Below are positions 44,440 to 54,098 of a DNA stretch of 64,000 nt, one piece after another; position 1 is the stretch's first letter; each line of letters opens with the position of its first letter. Source of the stretch: Acutalibacteraceae bacterium (GTDB lineage Bacteria; Bacillota; Clostridia; Oscillospirales; Acutalibacteraceae); the NCBI GenBank assembly GCA_045634065.1, contig JAZQZO010000030.1, forward strand, positions 3,808 to 67,807, written 5' to 3'. The translations under genes and the position numbers were made by a program. The notes beneath the pieces are model-generated. The model searched no databases. It worked only from the letters and a program-made list of their open reading frames with translations, and had not been told where the DNA came from.

Positions 44440-44651
44440 GCCAAAATCTTAAAAATTGGTATGCGGTCATAGATGTAACAACAGGAGAGTGCCTCAGAGT
44501 TGAGACTCAGAGTGAGGATGTTGATGTTGAGGAATTCCCCGATTACATTCAGATAGACGGCTACATCCCCGAATACGAGGGTAAGTACTACCTCAACGGT
44601 CAGTGGTACGAAGATGCTGCAGGAACTATCCCCTGGTCTCCTGAAGCATAA
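44436..44651 (+). CDS. Hypothetical small protein
   Basis: 71-aa ORF with ATGA overlap. Confidence 0.45.
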   Translation: MSQNLKNWYAVIDVTTGECLRVETQSEDVDVEEFPDYIQIDGYIPEYEGKYYLNGQWYEDAAGTIPWSPEA

Positions 44652-44671
44652 CGCATTAAGGAGGACTTACT

Positions 44672-45040
44672 ATGCCACAGGTCCAAAAACTCAGTGGAAT
44701 TAAACACATTTTTGAAAACAGAAAGCAGTACATCAAAGCTATGGAACGTGGGGAAGTTGCTGTGGGTGATGAAGTCATCATTGTAGATGACGGAGTTCCT
44801 AACCTGCCTAACGTTTCAGAAGCGGATGAAGGTAAAGTCCTGCAGGTCAAAGACGGACAGTGGGTGGCTGAGAAGCTACCCACTTACGAGGGCGAATATG
44901 TTGTCACTCCTTCAACGGAAGAAGCACAAACCCTCTTGACCGCAGGTAAATACACAGACTCAAACATTACGGTTGAAAAAATACCGTATTCAGAAACAGC
45001 AACATCCAATACCAAAGGCAAGACCGTAAGTATCGGATAA
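44672..45040 (+). CDS. Hypothetical fibre-associated protein
   Basis: 122 aa. P.VSEADEGKVLQVKDGQWVAEK motif, as in fibre N-termini. Confidence 0.5.
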   Translation: MPQVQKLSGIKHIFENRKQYIKAMERGEVAVGDEVIIVDDGVPNLPNVSEADEGKVLQVKDGQWVAEKLPTYEGEYVVTPSTEEAQTLLTAGKYTDSNITVEKIPYSETATSNTKGKTVSIG

Positions 45041-45071
45041 GAAACTCACTTAAAGAAATGAGGTAATAATT

Positions 45072-45662
45072 ATGGCAGTAAATAAAGTCGTATACGGTGG
45101 CGAAACTCTTATTGATATCAGTAAGGATACCGTTACAGAAGATAAACTGTTGGAAGGTTACACCGCACACGACCAGGACGGTAACCCGGTTGTAGGTAAA
45201 TGTAAATACGATGCTTACACAGGCGATGCTACAGCGACAGCTGACGAAATCCTTGAGGGCGAAACCGCTTATAGAAATGGTGTTAAGGTGACAGGTACAA
45301 TGCCTAACATCGGTCAGCAGGCTATTACCATCACCGACAAAAACACACCTGCTAAAATCAGCAAGGGTTATCACGATGGCAGCGGTTCTGCAACCATTGA
45401 CGAAAATGAAAAGGCAAAACTTATTCCTGAAAACATCAGACAGGGTGTCAGCATCCTCGGTGTTGAAGGTGAAATGTCAGGTACAGAAGATGCAAACGCT
45501 CAGGCCGTAACGGTAACACCAAAAGTCACAGCTCAGACAATTATGCCTGATACAGAGGGTGGCTACAACTACATTTCACAGGTGGTTGTTGAGCCTATCG
45601 CAAAAGTCGAGACAAAGACAGACGGCACCAACGGCACTACTGTTACGATAGGTCAGGTGTGA
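45072..45662 (+). CDS. Short fibre/adaptor protein sharing its N-terminus with the tailspike
   Basis: MAVNKVVYGGETLIDISKDTVTEDKLLEGYTAHDQDGNPVVGK is a paralog of the N-terminus of the 45669 product. Confidence 0.55.
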   Translation: MAVNKVVYGGETLIDISKDTVTEDKLLEGYTAHDQDGNPVVGKCKYDAYTGDATATADEILEGETAYRNGVKVTGTMPNIGQQAITITDKNTPAKISKGYHDGSGSATIDENEKAKLIPENIRQGVSILGVEGEMSGTEDANAQAVTVTPKVTAQTIMPDTEGGYNYISQVVVEPIAKVETKTDGTNGTTVTIGQV

Positions 45663-45668
45663 TGAACA

Positions 45669-47624
45669 ATGGCAACGAATAAAGTCGTATACGGCGATGA
45701 GACTCTTATGGATATAAGTAACGACTCTGTAACTGAGGAGACTCTCGGCGAGGGTGTTACAGCTCATAATGCGGATGGTGAAAGGATAACCGGGAAAGGG
45801 TTGATGAAAAGCGGAAGGTCGGTCGCTGTGTACGGTGCAAAAGGTGACGGCACAACCGATGATACCGTTGCATTTCAGACAGCACTTGCCGAAAACAGGC
45901 TTGTATATGTTCCCGAAGGTACTTACAAGCTGTCAAATACACTTGTAGTAAGACCGAACTGTGAATTTGAGCTTTCACAGGCTACACACCTTAAATTTAC
46001 ACAGACATCGGGTAACTGTATCGAATTAAGAAGCTCTGCCACTCTCCGTGGTAATCACGCTGTTATAGGTGTTCCCTACAGCTTTACAGGTAATGTTATT
46101 AGTGCTGACACACAGTACGATGAAGGAACGAGAGATACGCCACCCTTTACTCACTACGACCCAATGTGGAAAAGAGCAAGATATATTTATGATGTGTGTA
46201 TCGTTAAGCCTAATTCAGCAGGTTTACATTGTAGCCTTGAGGGAAATTGTTCGGGTACAGGTATTTACTTAAGTGCAAAGGGTAAGCACCTAACCGAGGG
46301 AGATATAAACTTCATTTGGGGTGCAATGCTTCAAGGTGTCCGAATTGCAGGCGCATTTACTTACGGCATACACGCTGAAAATATCGACGACCCGAACGAC
46401 AGCACAGAGGACGACGCTTGGAATCACGACATGCGAATTGAAGCGGTTATTCAAGGCTGCGAAACAGGTGTAAGCCTTTTCAATTGCAATTTGGCTCATT
46501 TGGCTGTAACTATTCAGCCGAGCACGTGCGACGGAAGCGCCACTTACAGATATAACAAATATGCAAAATGGGGCGTGAGGCTTGAAGATTGCAGAGGCGT
46601 TGACATGACTTCATCGTTTGTATGGGACTGGCAAGCAGCCCGTAATGACAGCGATGAATATACTCACATAGCTTTGTATGGTAATTGTAAAGGCTTAGTG
46701 CTTGGCGATTATCTATATCATGAGGGCTCAGAGGGTATAAGAGAAAAGATTTATACAGATACACCGAGCAACTATGAGAAAATGACCGTTATTCAAGAGC
46801 CAATTACAAGGTGGTTTAAACCGATTGATAATGAGCCGTATTTTTCGGACGGCTATGAAAATAAAAGGTTATTGCTCAAAGATGAGTTTAATAATTGTTT
46901 TATCACAGATAATGTACCACTGTTTGAAAATGTGTTGCCAATGGCAATTGATACAAACGGCAGTATATACAATGGCAATGGCTATAAAGTAGGCGGCAAT
47001 CTAACAAACGCAGGCACAATAAACACAAGTGACCAATATAACACATATGCTCACACGGGATATATTAAATGCAAATCAGGTGATGTAATACATATTAAAG
47101 GCATAGACCTTACCACTAATGATACTAATTGCCGAATTGCTAAATATGACTCAACATTTACTTTTATTAACCAAACAAGTATAGCTGTGTCAAGTGTTAT
47201 TACAAGTGCATCGTACTATCATTACACAACTGTTTACGATGAAGTAAATGATGAATACGAGATTACTTTGGTTGGTGCGCCTGACACAGCATATATCAGA
47301 ATTGGTGTGTTTTCACGCACTTTAAGTGATAAACCTATTGTTACAGTCAATCAAGACATCAACTATACACAAGAGGGCTTCCTTGCTGATGGAATCAAAG
47401 TTAAAGCTGAAAATGTTATCGGTTTGGACAAAGGCGTAAAAGGCGACAAAGGCGATCCGTTCACATATGACGATTTCACGCCTGAACAACTTGAAGCTCT
47501 CAAAGGTGCAAAAGGTGACGACTACGTTTTAACCGAAGCAGACAAAAACGAGATAGCAACACAGGCAGCGAGCTTAATTGATATAGCCCTTGCAAATGCA
47601 ATAGGAACAGGGGTGATTGAATGA
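45669..47624 (+). CDS. Tailspike with a pectate-lyase-3-like beta-helix (putative depolymerase) and a collagen-like C-terminal segment
   Basis: [38 protein letters not shown] signature. The C-terminus is [31 protein letters not shown]. Confidence 0.7.
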   Translation: MATNKVVYGDETLMDISNDSVTEETLGEGVTAHNADGERITGKGLMKSGRSVAVYGAKGDGTTDDTVAFQTALAENRLVYVPEGTYKLSNTLVVRPNCEFELSQATHLKFTQTSGNCIELRSSATLRGNHAVIGVPYSFTGNVISADTQYDEGTRDTPPFTHYDPMWKRARYIYDVCIVKPNSAGLHCSLEGNCSGTGIYLSAKGKHLTEGDINFIWGAMLQGVRIAGAFTYGIHAENIDDPNDSTEDDAWNHDMRIEAVIQGCETGVSLFNCNLAHLAVTIQPSTCDGSATYRYNKYAKWGVRLEDCRGVDMTSSFVWDWQAARNDSDEYTHIALYGNCKGLVLGDYLYHEGSEGIREKIYTDTPSNYEKMTVIQEPITRWFKPIDNEPYFSDGYENKRLLLKDEFNNCFITDNVPLFENVLPMAIDTNGSIYNGNGYKVGGNLTNAGTINTSDQYNTYAHTGYIKCKSGDVIHIKGIDLTTNDTNCRIAKYDSTFTFINQTSIAVSSVITSASYYHYTTVYDEVNDEYEITLVGAPDTAYIRIGVFSRTLSDKPIVTVNQDINYTQEGFLADGIKVKAENVIGLDKGVKGDKGDPFTYDDFTPEQLEALKGAKGDDYVLTEADKNEIATQAASLIDIALANAIGTGVIE

Positions 47625-47851
47625 GTGTAGCACTCGCAAGCGTTGAAAAAATCAACGCACTTAAAACGGGTATCGAAGCAACAACGGGCGAAAGTTACAA
47701 CGATTTAACCGAAGCGGTTCAAGCTCTGAAAAACGGTTATAAAAACGCCGACACCGTTGACGGTTGGAACGTTAATGTTTTAAGTGACGGCTCAGACCCT
47801 GAAAATATCACGAAACCTACTCTCACTTTTGTGTATACAGCGGGAGGTTGA
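47621..47851 (+). CDS. Hypothetical small protein
   Basis: 76-aa ORF with ATGA overlap. Confidence 0.45.
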   Translation: MSVALASVEKINALKTGIEATTGESYNDLTEAVQALKNGYKNADTVDGWNVNVLSDGSDPENITKPTLTFVYTAGG

Positions 47852-47855
47852 TTGA

Positions 47856-50279
47856 ATGGCTACTAAATCGAGTTATGCACAATTTTATTCGGGTAGTGTC
47901 CCTAACTGCGTTGGTGGTGGCTCAGATTATCGTACATTAGGAAGTTATGCTACCGTAGATAATGTATATTTGTACATCAATCCTTATTCGTTAGGTGTCC
48001 CTATTGGCAGCGTTATTACAAATATTAAGATAAGTCTTAAGTACAGAGGAACTACAACAAGCGATGGGTCCGGTATCTTATATTCAAGTAATTTATATTG
48101 GAGACCCGTATATATAAATACTACACCTTCAGGGACGAGTATATCAGGGTCTCCGACTGAGTTAGGTAGTAAAGCAACTGTAAAAGAAAGTTTTGGACAT
48201 TCAACAAGTTACAAAGATTCCGGAGACCTAAGTCAGGATGTTAGCTCTATTACAGTAGCATCTAATACCTATGTAGGTGCAAGATTTTATTTACAGAGTA
48301 AAAATGCACCTGAAATGCGTATGCATCTTAATGCTGTAAATATTACTGTTACTTACACAGAACACAATCACAGTTACACTTCATCAGTAACAAAACAGCC
48401 TACTTGTACAACAGCAGGTGAGACAACATATTCTTGTTCTTGCGGTGATAGTTATGTAGATAAAACCATTCCTGCAGCACTCGGTCACAGTTTTGGTTCA
48501 ACAACATACACTTGGTCAGCAGACGGTAAATCCTGTACTGCTCAGAGAGTATGTAGTAGAGATTCAAGCCATAAGGAAACCTCAACAGCAACAATCACAT
48601 CAGCTGTCAAAACGGCTGCGACTTGTCTTGCAAAAGGAACAACAACCTACACGGCAAAGTTTAGTGTGTCTTGGGCTTCGACTCAGACTAAAGATGTTCA
48701 GGATATTGCACAGAAATCTCACTCCTACACAGGTGCAATCAAGTCAGACGGTAACAGCAAGACTGCAACGCACTCGTTCCAGTGCGTAAATGGTTGTGGA
48801 AACTACGGTGGCGCTGTAACTCATACTTGGAATAGCGGCGTCGTTGCGATAGAGCCAGATTGTATATACCCCGGGCAAATGTTATATAATTGTACGGCAA
48901 GTGGTTGTGGTGCAGTTTATACGGAAACAGTCCCCGCAAAAGGTCATACAGAAGTAACCGACAAAGCAGTTGCTGCTACTTGTACGACAACCGGTCTTAC
49001 AGAAGGTAAGCACTGTTCAGTATGTAATACCGTTATTACAGCTCAACAGACAGTCGCCGCACTCGGTCACGATTATAAATCAACTGTTATAGCACCGACA
49101 GCAACTTCACGAGGTTACACAAGACACACTTGTTCTCGTTGCGGTGATTATTACGATGACAGTTTCACTTATCTTGTCACGTTTAAATCGGATAGCGGTG
49201 CAACACTTAAGACTGAAACAGTGGCTCACGGTAATAAACCAACACCACCAACAGCACCCACGAAAGCTGATACAGCTCAGTGGAAATACACCTTTGACGG
49301 TTGGTATGATGCTAACGGTAACAAATGGTATTCAAGCACGACCATAACGGATACGACTACATATACCGCTCGTTATACTTCTACAGTACAGAAATACACT
49401 GTCAGGTGGTTCAACTATGACGGCTCACTTCTTGAAACTGATACTGATGTAGCATACGGCACTAAGCCTACTTATAATGGTGATGAGCCTACAAAAGAAG
49501 GTAACGCTGAACATTCATATCAGTTTGCAGGTTGGAACTATAACACCGAAAACGGCATCACGCCCACTCTTGGTACAACCTATATCGACATTACGGCTCA
49601 GTTCACAGAGATTGACAACACTTATACTGTTAAATGGGAAAATGAAGGTAAGGTTATTGAAACTGATACTTTGGTTCCTTATGGTGCTAAACCCGACTAT
49701 AACGGTGCGACACCTACAAAGGCATCAGATGCACAGTATGACTATACTTTCATCGGTTGGAGTACAAGTGTTACTGACCCTGCAAAACCTGAATCAGAAC
49801 TTGAAACGGTAAAAGGTAATGTTACTTATACTGCGATTTACAGTGCAACTACGAAACTATATCCTATCAAGGTTATCTTATTTGATACAGAGTTAACACG
49901 AGTTGTCGAGTATGGCACTGATATTACCTTTGAAGCACCTGATGATGTTATAGGCTATCAGTTCGTTGAGTGGACTGACGGCAACACCGACAATCCACGA
50001 ACTGTCAAAGTAACAGGTGAAGCTACTTATCAGGCTGTTTATGAAAGAATACCTATTCCTATCAAGGTCAACCTTGAGCAGGTAACAGGCGTTTATATCG
50101 TGCCGACAACACAGACCATTGTTTATGTCATAAACGGTACAGTACCAACGGTTGAAACCAAAACCCATACAGTTAATGGTTGGCATTTCCTTGTTTCAAA
50201 TGCCATTCCTGAGAACGGTTATCCTTTGAAAAAGCTGTTTATCACTGATAAAAACGGTGTTACTACAAGAGTGTATTAA
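47856..50279 (+). CDS. Large repeat protein: novel N-domain, Cys-rich repeats, then Listeria-Bacteroides (Flg_new-like) repeats
   Basis: About 5 units like TCTTAGETTYSCSCGDSYVDKTIPALGH. About 6 units like Y.V.F/W....G..L.T..V..G..P....PTK......Y.F.GW. Confidence 0.7.
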   Translation: MATKSSYAQFYSGSVPNCVGGGSDYRTLGSYATVDNVYLYINPYSLGVPIGSVITNIKISLKYRGTTTSDGSGILYSSNLYWRPVYINTTPSGTSISGSPTELGSKATVKESFGHSTSYKDSGDLSQDVSSITVASNTYVGARFYLQSKNAPEMRMHLNAVNITVTYTEHNHSYTSSVTKQPTCTTAGETTYSCSCGDSYVDKTIPAALGHSFGSTTYTWSADGKSCTAQRVCSRDSSHKETSTATITSAVKTAATCLAKGTTTYTAKFSVSWASTQTKDVQDIAQKSHSYTGAIKSDGNSKTATHSFQCVNGCGNYGGAVTHTWNSGVVAIEPDCIYPGQMLYNCTASGCGAVYTETVPAKGHTEVTDKAVAATCTTTGLTEGKHCSVCNTVITAQQTVAALGHDYKSTVIAPTATSRGYTRHTCSRCGDYYDDSFTYLVTFKSDSGATLKTETVAHGNKPTPPTAPTKADTAQWKYTFDGWYDANGNKWYSSTTITDTTTYTARYTSTVQKYTVRWFNYDGSLLETDTDVAYGTKPTYNGDEPTKEGNAEHSYQFAGWNYNTENGITPTLGTTYIDITAQFTEIDNTYTVKWENEGKVIETDTLVPYGAKPDYNGATPTKASDAQYDYTFIGWSTSVTDPAKPESELETVKGNVTYTAIYSATTKLYPIKVILFDTELTRVVEYGTDITFEAPDDVIGYQFVEWTDGNTDNPRTVKVTGEATYQAVYERIPIPIKVNLEQVTGVYIVPTTQTIVYVINGTVPTVETKTHTVNGWHFLVSNAIPENGYPLKKLFITDKNGVTTRVY

Positions 50280-50293
50280 AAGAGGTGATTTAT

Positions 50294-50413
50294 ATGAAGC
50301 ACACAATATTTGGTCTGATAGCTATTTCTTTAGCTTCCGCTGCTTTATGGGTAGTTAAAGAAGTAAAAGAAGCGAAAGACTTCGGTTTGCTGTCAGATTG
50401 GCATTATGAATGA
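50294..50413 (+). CDS. Possible 39-aa membrane peptide
   Basis: MKHTIFGLIAISLASAALWVV... RBS AGAGGTGATTTATATG. Below the ORF-track size cut-off. Confidence 0.35.
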   Translation: MKHTIFGLIAISLASAALWVVKEVKEAKDFGLLSDWHYE

Positions 50414-50476
50414 ACTTGAATCTATTAAATTTTGGTAGCGACATAAATGTCGTTACCACAAAAAGGAGCTGATATA

Positions 50477-50581
50477 TATGAAGGAATATGTGAAGGAATA
50501 TGCAAGGGCAGTATATTTCAACTTTATGAAGAAAGTAGCCTTGTATATGGCAGCATTCTATTTCACTTTTTTCGACCCCTA
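50477..50581 (+). CDS. Possible 34-aa hydrophobic peptide
   Basis: MKEYVKEYARAVYFNFMKKVALYMAAFYFTFFDP. RBS AAAGGAGCTGATATAT. Confidence 0.3.
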
Positions 50582-50601
50582 AAAGAAAGGAGCGATAAGC
50601 A

Positions 50602-51360
50602 ATGAAGAAAAACTATCTTGTTTATCCCTGCGAGTTTCTGAGAATTACTCAGAATTACCTCGGTAAAACCTCGCACTACCCCCACACAGTAGGAAGCCCC
50701 GCTGATTTCCCCATTGACGAAGGCTGTAAAGACAGCGGTCGTTCCTGGCTTCTCTGTCCCTGCGACAAAATGAAGGTAATGAGGATTTACGGTGTCGGCT
50801 CAAGAGGTGTCAACACCTTATGGCTTCAGTCCACTTCTAAGGTGTATTTCGCCGATGGTACAAGCAACTACTTCACGATGCTTGTCACTCACCCCGAAGA
50901 TGACGACCTGAGAAAGCTCAAAGTCGGTCAGACCTTCACGAGAGGTCAAAAGATTTGTAGAGAAGGCAAAGACGGAGCTACAGGCAACCACTTCCACATC
51001 TCAGGCGGTAAAGGTAAATTCACCGGGAACGGTTGGAGACAGAACAACAAAGGCAAGTATGTGCTTCACTGTACAGGTGGCGCATACAAACCCGAGGCTC
51101 TCTTTTATCTCGATCCGTCTCTCACCAATGTGGTATCAGCGGGTGGCATCAACTTCAGGTTACTTGTTGAAGATTACTCGACAGGCTACTACACCGTAAA
51201 CACATCCACACTCAATGTTCGCAGCAGTCCCACTTCTTCCTCCGCCAAGAAAGGTACACTCGCAAAGGGAAAGAAGATTAAGGTTGTTGAAACAAGCGGT
51301 AATTGGGGCAGATACGCAGTAAAGAAGTGGGTTTGCCTCGACTACTGTAAGAAATCGTGA
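50602..51360 (+). CDS. Endolysin 1: M23-like peptidase + SH3b domain
   Basis: ...GATGNHFHISGG... (HxH of M23). The C-terminus YYTVNTSTLNVRSSPTSSSAKKGTLAKGKKIKVVETSGNWGRY is SH3_3-like. Confidence 0.75.
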   Translation: MKKNYLVYPCEFLRITQNYLGKTSHYPHTVGSPADFPIDEGCKDSGRSWLLCPCDKMKVMRIYGVGSRGVNTLWLQSTSKVYFADGTSNYFTMLVTHPEDDDLRKLKVGQTFTRGQKICREGKDGATGNHFHISGGKGKFTGNGWRQNNKGKYVLHCTGGAYKPEALFYLDPSLTNVVSAGGINFRLLVEDYSTGYYTVNTSTLNVRSSPTSSSAKKGTLAKGKKIKVVETSGNWGRYAVKKWVCLDYCKKS

Positions 51361-51369
51361 GGTGATAAA

Positions 51370-51618
51370 ATGAGCGAAGCGGTCATAGTATCACTTATTA
51401 GTCTTGTGGGTACGCTTGGAGGCACACTCGGCGGCATCTTGGTATCGAACAAGCTGACCAATTACCGTATTGAACAGCTTGAAAAGAAAGTAGAAAAACA
51501 CAACGGAGTTATCGAGCGTGTTTTCGAGCTTGAAAAACACGAAGCCGTTATAGATGAACAAATCGAGGTCGCAAATCACAGAATTAAGGACCTGGAAGGC
51601 TATCACACCAACAAATAA
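51370..51618 (+). CDS. Single-TM coiled-coil membrane protein (holin-accessory/XhlA-like)
   Basis: N-terminal TM IVSLISLVGTLGGTLGGILV followed by a coiled coil. It lies within the lysis cluster. Confidence 0.5.
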   Translation: MSEAVIVSLISLVGTLGGTLGGILVSNKLTNYRIEQLEKKVEKHNGVIERVFELEKHEAVIDEQIEVANHRIKDLEGYHTNK

Positions 51619-51671
51619 CAAAAGCACCTACATATACAAGAAGACAAAATACAACAGAAAAGGTGATTATA

Positions 51672-52418
51672 ATGAGCAAGATTGTAGACATCTCGAAGCA
51701 TCAAGGTTCAGTTAATTTCTCTACCATGAAGAAGAAAGGTGTTGAAGGTGTTGTAATCCGCTGTGGCTACTCATCGAAGAAAGACAGCAAGTTTGACAGC
51801 TATTACTCAGCTGCCAAAAAACAAAACCTTCCGATTGGCTCATATCATTACGCCACTTTCCATTACAGCGGAAACAGCACAGATAAAACCGCTGTAGCAA
51901 AAGCGAAAGCTCAGGCCCGTACAGCCATTGCATTTCTGAAGGGGAAGGTGATTGATGCCTTTGTCGCTCTTGACCTTGAGCTTGAGCAAGGAACAACTAC
52001 CTCTCTCAGCAGAAGTGCAATGACGAAAGCTGCTAATGCCTATATGGACGAGCTTAAAAAAGCCGGATATACTCCGTGCCTTTACTGCTCAGTTTCTTGG
52101 CTGTATGACAAAATGAACCCTGCCGATGTCAAATATCCGCTGTGGCTGGCTTACTACCACAAGTCGGGAAAAGTGTCGACCGAGTTCCCAAACACTTCCT
52201 ACGGCCTAAAAATGAAAGCACTACGCTCAAAAATATGGCTTTGGCAGTATGCTGATGACGGCGAAGGAAAGAAATACGGTGTTTCATCAACCGGCATTGA
52301 CCTGAATCACCGATATAAAGCCTTTACCAAGTCAACCACTTCCTCAAAATCGTCTGCATCATCCACTAAAACCTACAAGGTGAAGCCCAGGCGATACTCT
52401 CTCTCAAATTGCAAGTAA
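51672..52418 (+). CDS. Endolysin 2: GH25 muramidase (its C-terminal LysM is out of frame)
   Basis: [13 protein letters not shown]...GVVIRCGY...DSKFDSYY...IGSYHYA is a GH25 pattern. The ORF stops 16 codons after a C-run at 52386-52388. Confidence 0.85.
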   Translation: MSKIVDISKHQGSVNFSTMKKKGVEGVVIRCGYSSKKDSKFDSYYSAAKKQNLPIGSYHYATFHYSGNSTDKTAVAKAKAQARTAIAFLKGKVIDAFVALDLELEQGTTTSLSRSAMTKAANAYMDELKKAGYTPCLYCSVSWLYDKMNPADVKYPLWLAYYHKSGKVSTEFPNTSYGLKMKALRSKIWLWQYADDGEGKKYGVSSTGIDLNHRYKAFTKSTTSSKSSASSTKTYKVKPRRYSLSNCK

Positions 52419-52512
52419 ATACGGTACAAAAACTGCTACTCTTGCAAAATACAACAACATCAAAAATCCCGACCTTATCTATGTAGGTCAAACTATTAAA
52501 ATCCCTAATTGA
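52384..52512 (+). pseudogene. LysM domain of endolysin 2 displaced into the +1 frame
   Basis: The +1 frame reads (K)[41 protein letters not shown], a complete LysM consensus. Removing one C from CCC 52386-52388 fuses it to the GH25 ORF. Confidence 0.8.
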
Positions 52513-52522
52513 GGTGGTTCCA

Positions 52523-52735
52523 ATGAATAATACACCACTCTCCGACCTTGCAGCGGAATATGAAAAAACCGCTGAACTGCTTCAGGAGCAGATTGACGAC
52601 ATCACACAAAAGCTGAAGAATAGCCACTACAGCGGTGAGTACCAAAAGCTCACCCACAAACGTGCGGCTCTTACATCTATGCTTTATGAGGTGAAGGCAA
52701 CTGCTCACGAACTCCGTAACTACTACAACAAATGA
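52523..52735 (+). CDS. Hypothetical small helical protein
   Basis: ATG 52523 follows GAGGTGGTTCCA. 70 aa. Confidence 0.5.
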   Translation: MNNTPLSDLAAEYEKTAELLQEQIDDITQKLKNSHYSGEYQKLTHKRAALTSMLYEVKATAHELRNYYNK

Positions 52736-52750
52736 AAGGATGATATTCCT

Positions 52751-53050
52751 ATGAAAATCAACTGGACAGTACGACTTAAAAACCCCGTCTTTTGGGCAAC
52801 GGTAATCCCTGCACTCATCACCATCGTGTATGCAGTGTTTGAAGTGTTCGATTTTGCCCCGGCAATCACCGAGGACATTGCGACAAGAATTTTCACGAGC
52901 ATTTGCTCCCTTCTTGCCACTGCCGGTGTTGTCATTGACCATACCACAACAGGTGTATCAGATAGTGAAAGAGCTTTAACTTATGCGAAACCTAACGGCT
53001 CAGAGGAAGAAGAGTATTCCGATCCTGAGTACCCGGAAGAAATCGATTAA
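52751..53050 (+). CDS. Holin (phi LC3-family-like)
   Basis: MKINWTVRLKNPVFWATVIPALITIVYAV...LLATAGVVIDHTTTGVSDSERALTY. Confidence 0.8.
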   Translation: MKINWTVRLKNPVFWATVIPALITIVYAVFEVFDFAPAITEDIATRIFTSICSLLATAGVVIDHTTTGVSDSERALTYAKPNGSEEEEYSDPEYPEEID

Positions 53051-53088
53051 TCAGACAACCCCATAACATCCTATCTATAGGATAGGTG

Positions 53089-53126
53089 ACACGCCCGGAA
53101 TTCCTCCGCCGGGCGTGTTTATTTTT
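53089..53126 (+). terminator. Strong intrinsic terminator ending the late operon
   Basis: ACACGCCCGG (53089-53098) pairs with CCGGGCGTGT (53109-53118) and is followed by TTATTTTTG. Confidence 0.85.
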
Positions 53127-53307
53127 GTCTTTAACTTGCTGAAAAACTCAAATTTCACTTCTCATTTGACTTATTGCCTTGATTTCTCAAGGGATTTTAA
53201 CTTGCCGGTAACTTGCTACTTTAGTCTTTTTTAGAGTACTTTAGTGTTTTGTACAAATTACACAGAAAATATACAGAAACTTTGTACACCTTTTTCTGTG
53301 GAAATGC

Positions 53308-53336
53308 TTGATAAATTTCCATAAAAATGGTAATAT
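53308..53336 (+). promoter_or_regulatory. Early promoter (paralog of the 11995 promoter)
   Basis: TTGATA, 17 nt ending in TGG, then TAATAT. It is flanked by CACAGAAA / TTTCTGTG motifs in the same arrangement as at 11.95-12.06 kb. Confidence 0.6.
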
Positions 53337-53395
53337 ATAGCCACAGCTGAAACACAGAAACAACACAGAAAACAAACGGAAAGGAAAACAGAATT

Positions 53396-53575
53396 ATGGC
53401 AAACTTAAAAGTATGTGACAGATGCCTTATGGCTATCGAAAGCAGAGAGGGCAAGCAGGTCACCGTTCCTCGCTATTGGGATGGAGAGGAAGAAAACTTT
53501 GTATGCGATTGGTGTGAAGAAGATGGCTTCGACACATTGAACGAGATAATTCCCTATAACGGAAACGAGGTGTAA
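53396..53575 (+). CDS. Small zinc-ribbon protein (59 aa)
   Basis: MANLKVCDRCL...VCDWCEE. RBS GGAAAGGAAAACAGAATT. Below the ORF-track cut-off. Confidence 0.5.
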   Translation: MANLKVCDRCLMAIESREGKQVTVPRYWDGEEENFVCDWCEEDGFDTLNEIIPYNGNEV

Positions 53576-53578
53576 ACA

Positions 53579-53743
53579 ATGAAAACAGGAAAGATTGAAC
53601 ACAACGGAAGAACGGTTGATTGCAGAATCATAAGCGAGGATGCAACAACATACCGCATAAGCATCGCTACATACTGCAACGGTCGATACAACGGTACAGA
53701 AGAATTCACCGTGGCAAAAAACAAAGTTCAGGATATTAAATAA
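53579..53743 (+). CDS. Hypothetical small protein (54 aa)
   Basis: MKTGKIEHNGRTVDCRIISEDATTYRI... RBS GAGGTGTAAACAATG. Confidence 0.45.
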   Translation: MKTGKIEHNGRTVDCRIISEDATTYRISIATYCNGRYNGTEEFTVAKNKVQDIK

Positions 53744-53759
53744 GAAAGGAAATAAAAAC

Positions 53760-54098
53760 ATGGAAAAACAGAGATTAGTAGATGTTGACGGTCTGATCCT
53801 CGACATCAAGAAAAACAACCAGGAGAACTTCGAGAAAGCAGATTGGAGTTCAAAGCAGGTGTGCGAGTTTCTTGAGGAAAGCACAAAGATGCCTCATTTA
53901 CAGCCGAAGGAAGAACCGATTAGATGCAAAGACTGCAAAAAGTGGGATAAGACCAATAGATTTGGTAGCAGTTGCGCCTGCTCCCATTGGTCACCATCAA
54001 AAAAAGATTGCAGATTCACTCTTCCCGATGATTTCTGCAGTAACGGCACCCGAGAAGAAGCGGAAAAAGCATTAAAGGAGCGTGAGAACAATGGCTAA
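53760..54098 (+). CDS. Hypothetical Cys-rich protein (RCKDCKKW paralog family)
   Basis: QRLVDVDGLI...IRCKDCKKWDK...FCSNG. It ends ...LKERENNG and carries the next gene's RBS. Confidence 0.55.
   Translation: MEKQRLVDVDGLILDIKKNNQENFEKADWSSKQVCEFLEESTKMPHLQPKEEPIRCKDCKKWDKTNRFGSSCACSHWSPSKKDCRFTLPDDFCSNGTREEAEKALKERENNG

Noticed and set aside
39545-50279. Diversity-generating retroelement acting on the fibre/adhesin genes.
   Set aside because: No reverse-transcriptase ORF is present anywhere in the window. I found no template/variable repeat pair near the 3' ends of the fibre genes.
50435-50459. Hairpin GGTAGCGACAT-aa-ATGTCGTTACC between the two tiny ORFs upstream of the lysis genes.
   Set aside because: It is a short imperfect stem with no U-tract, so there is not enough evidence to call a terminator or regulatory site.
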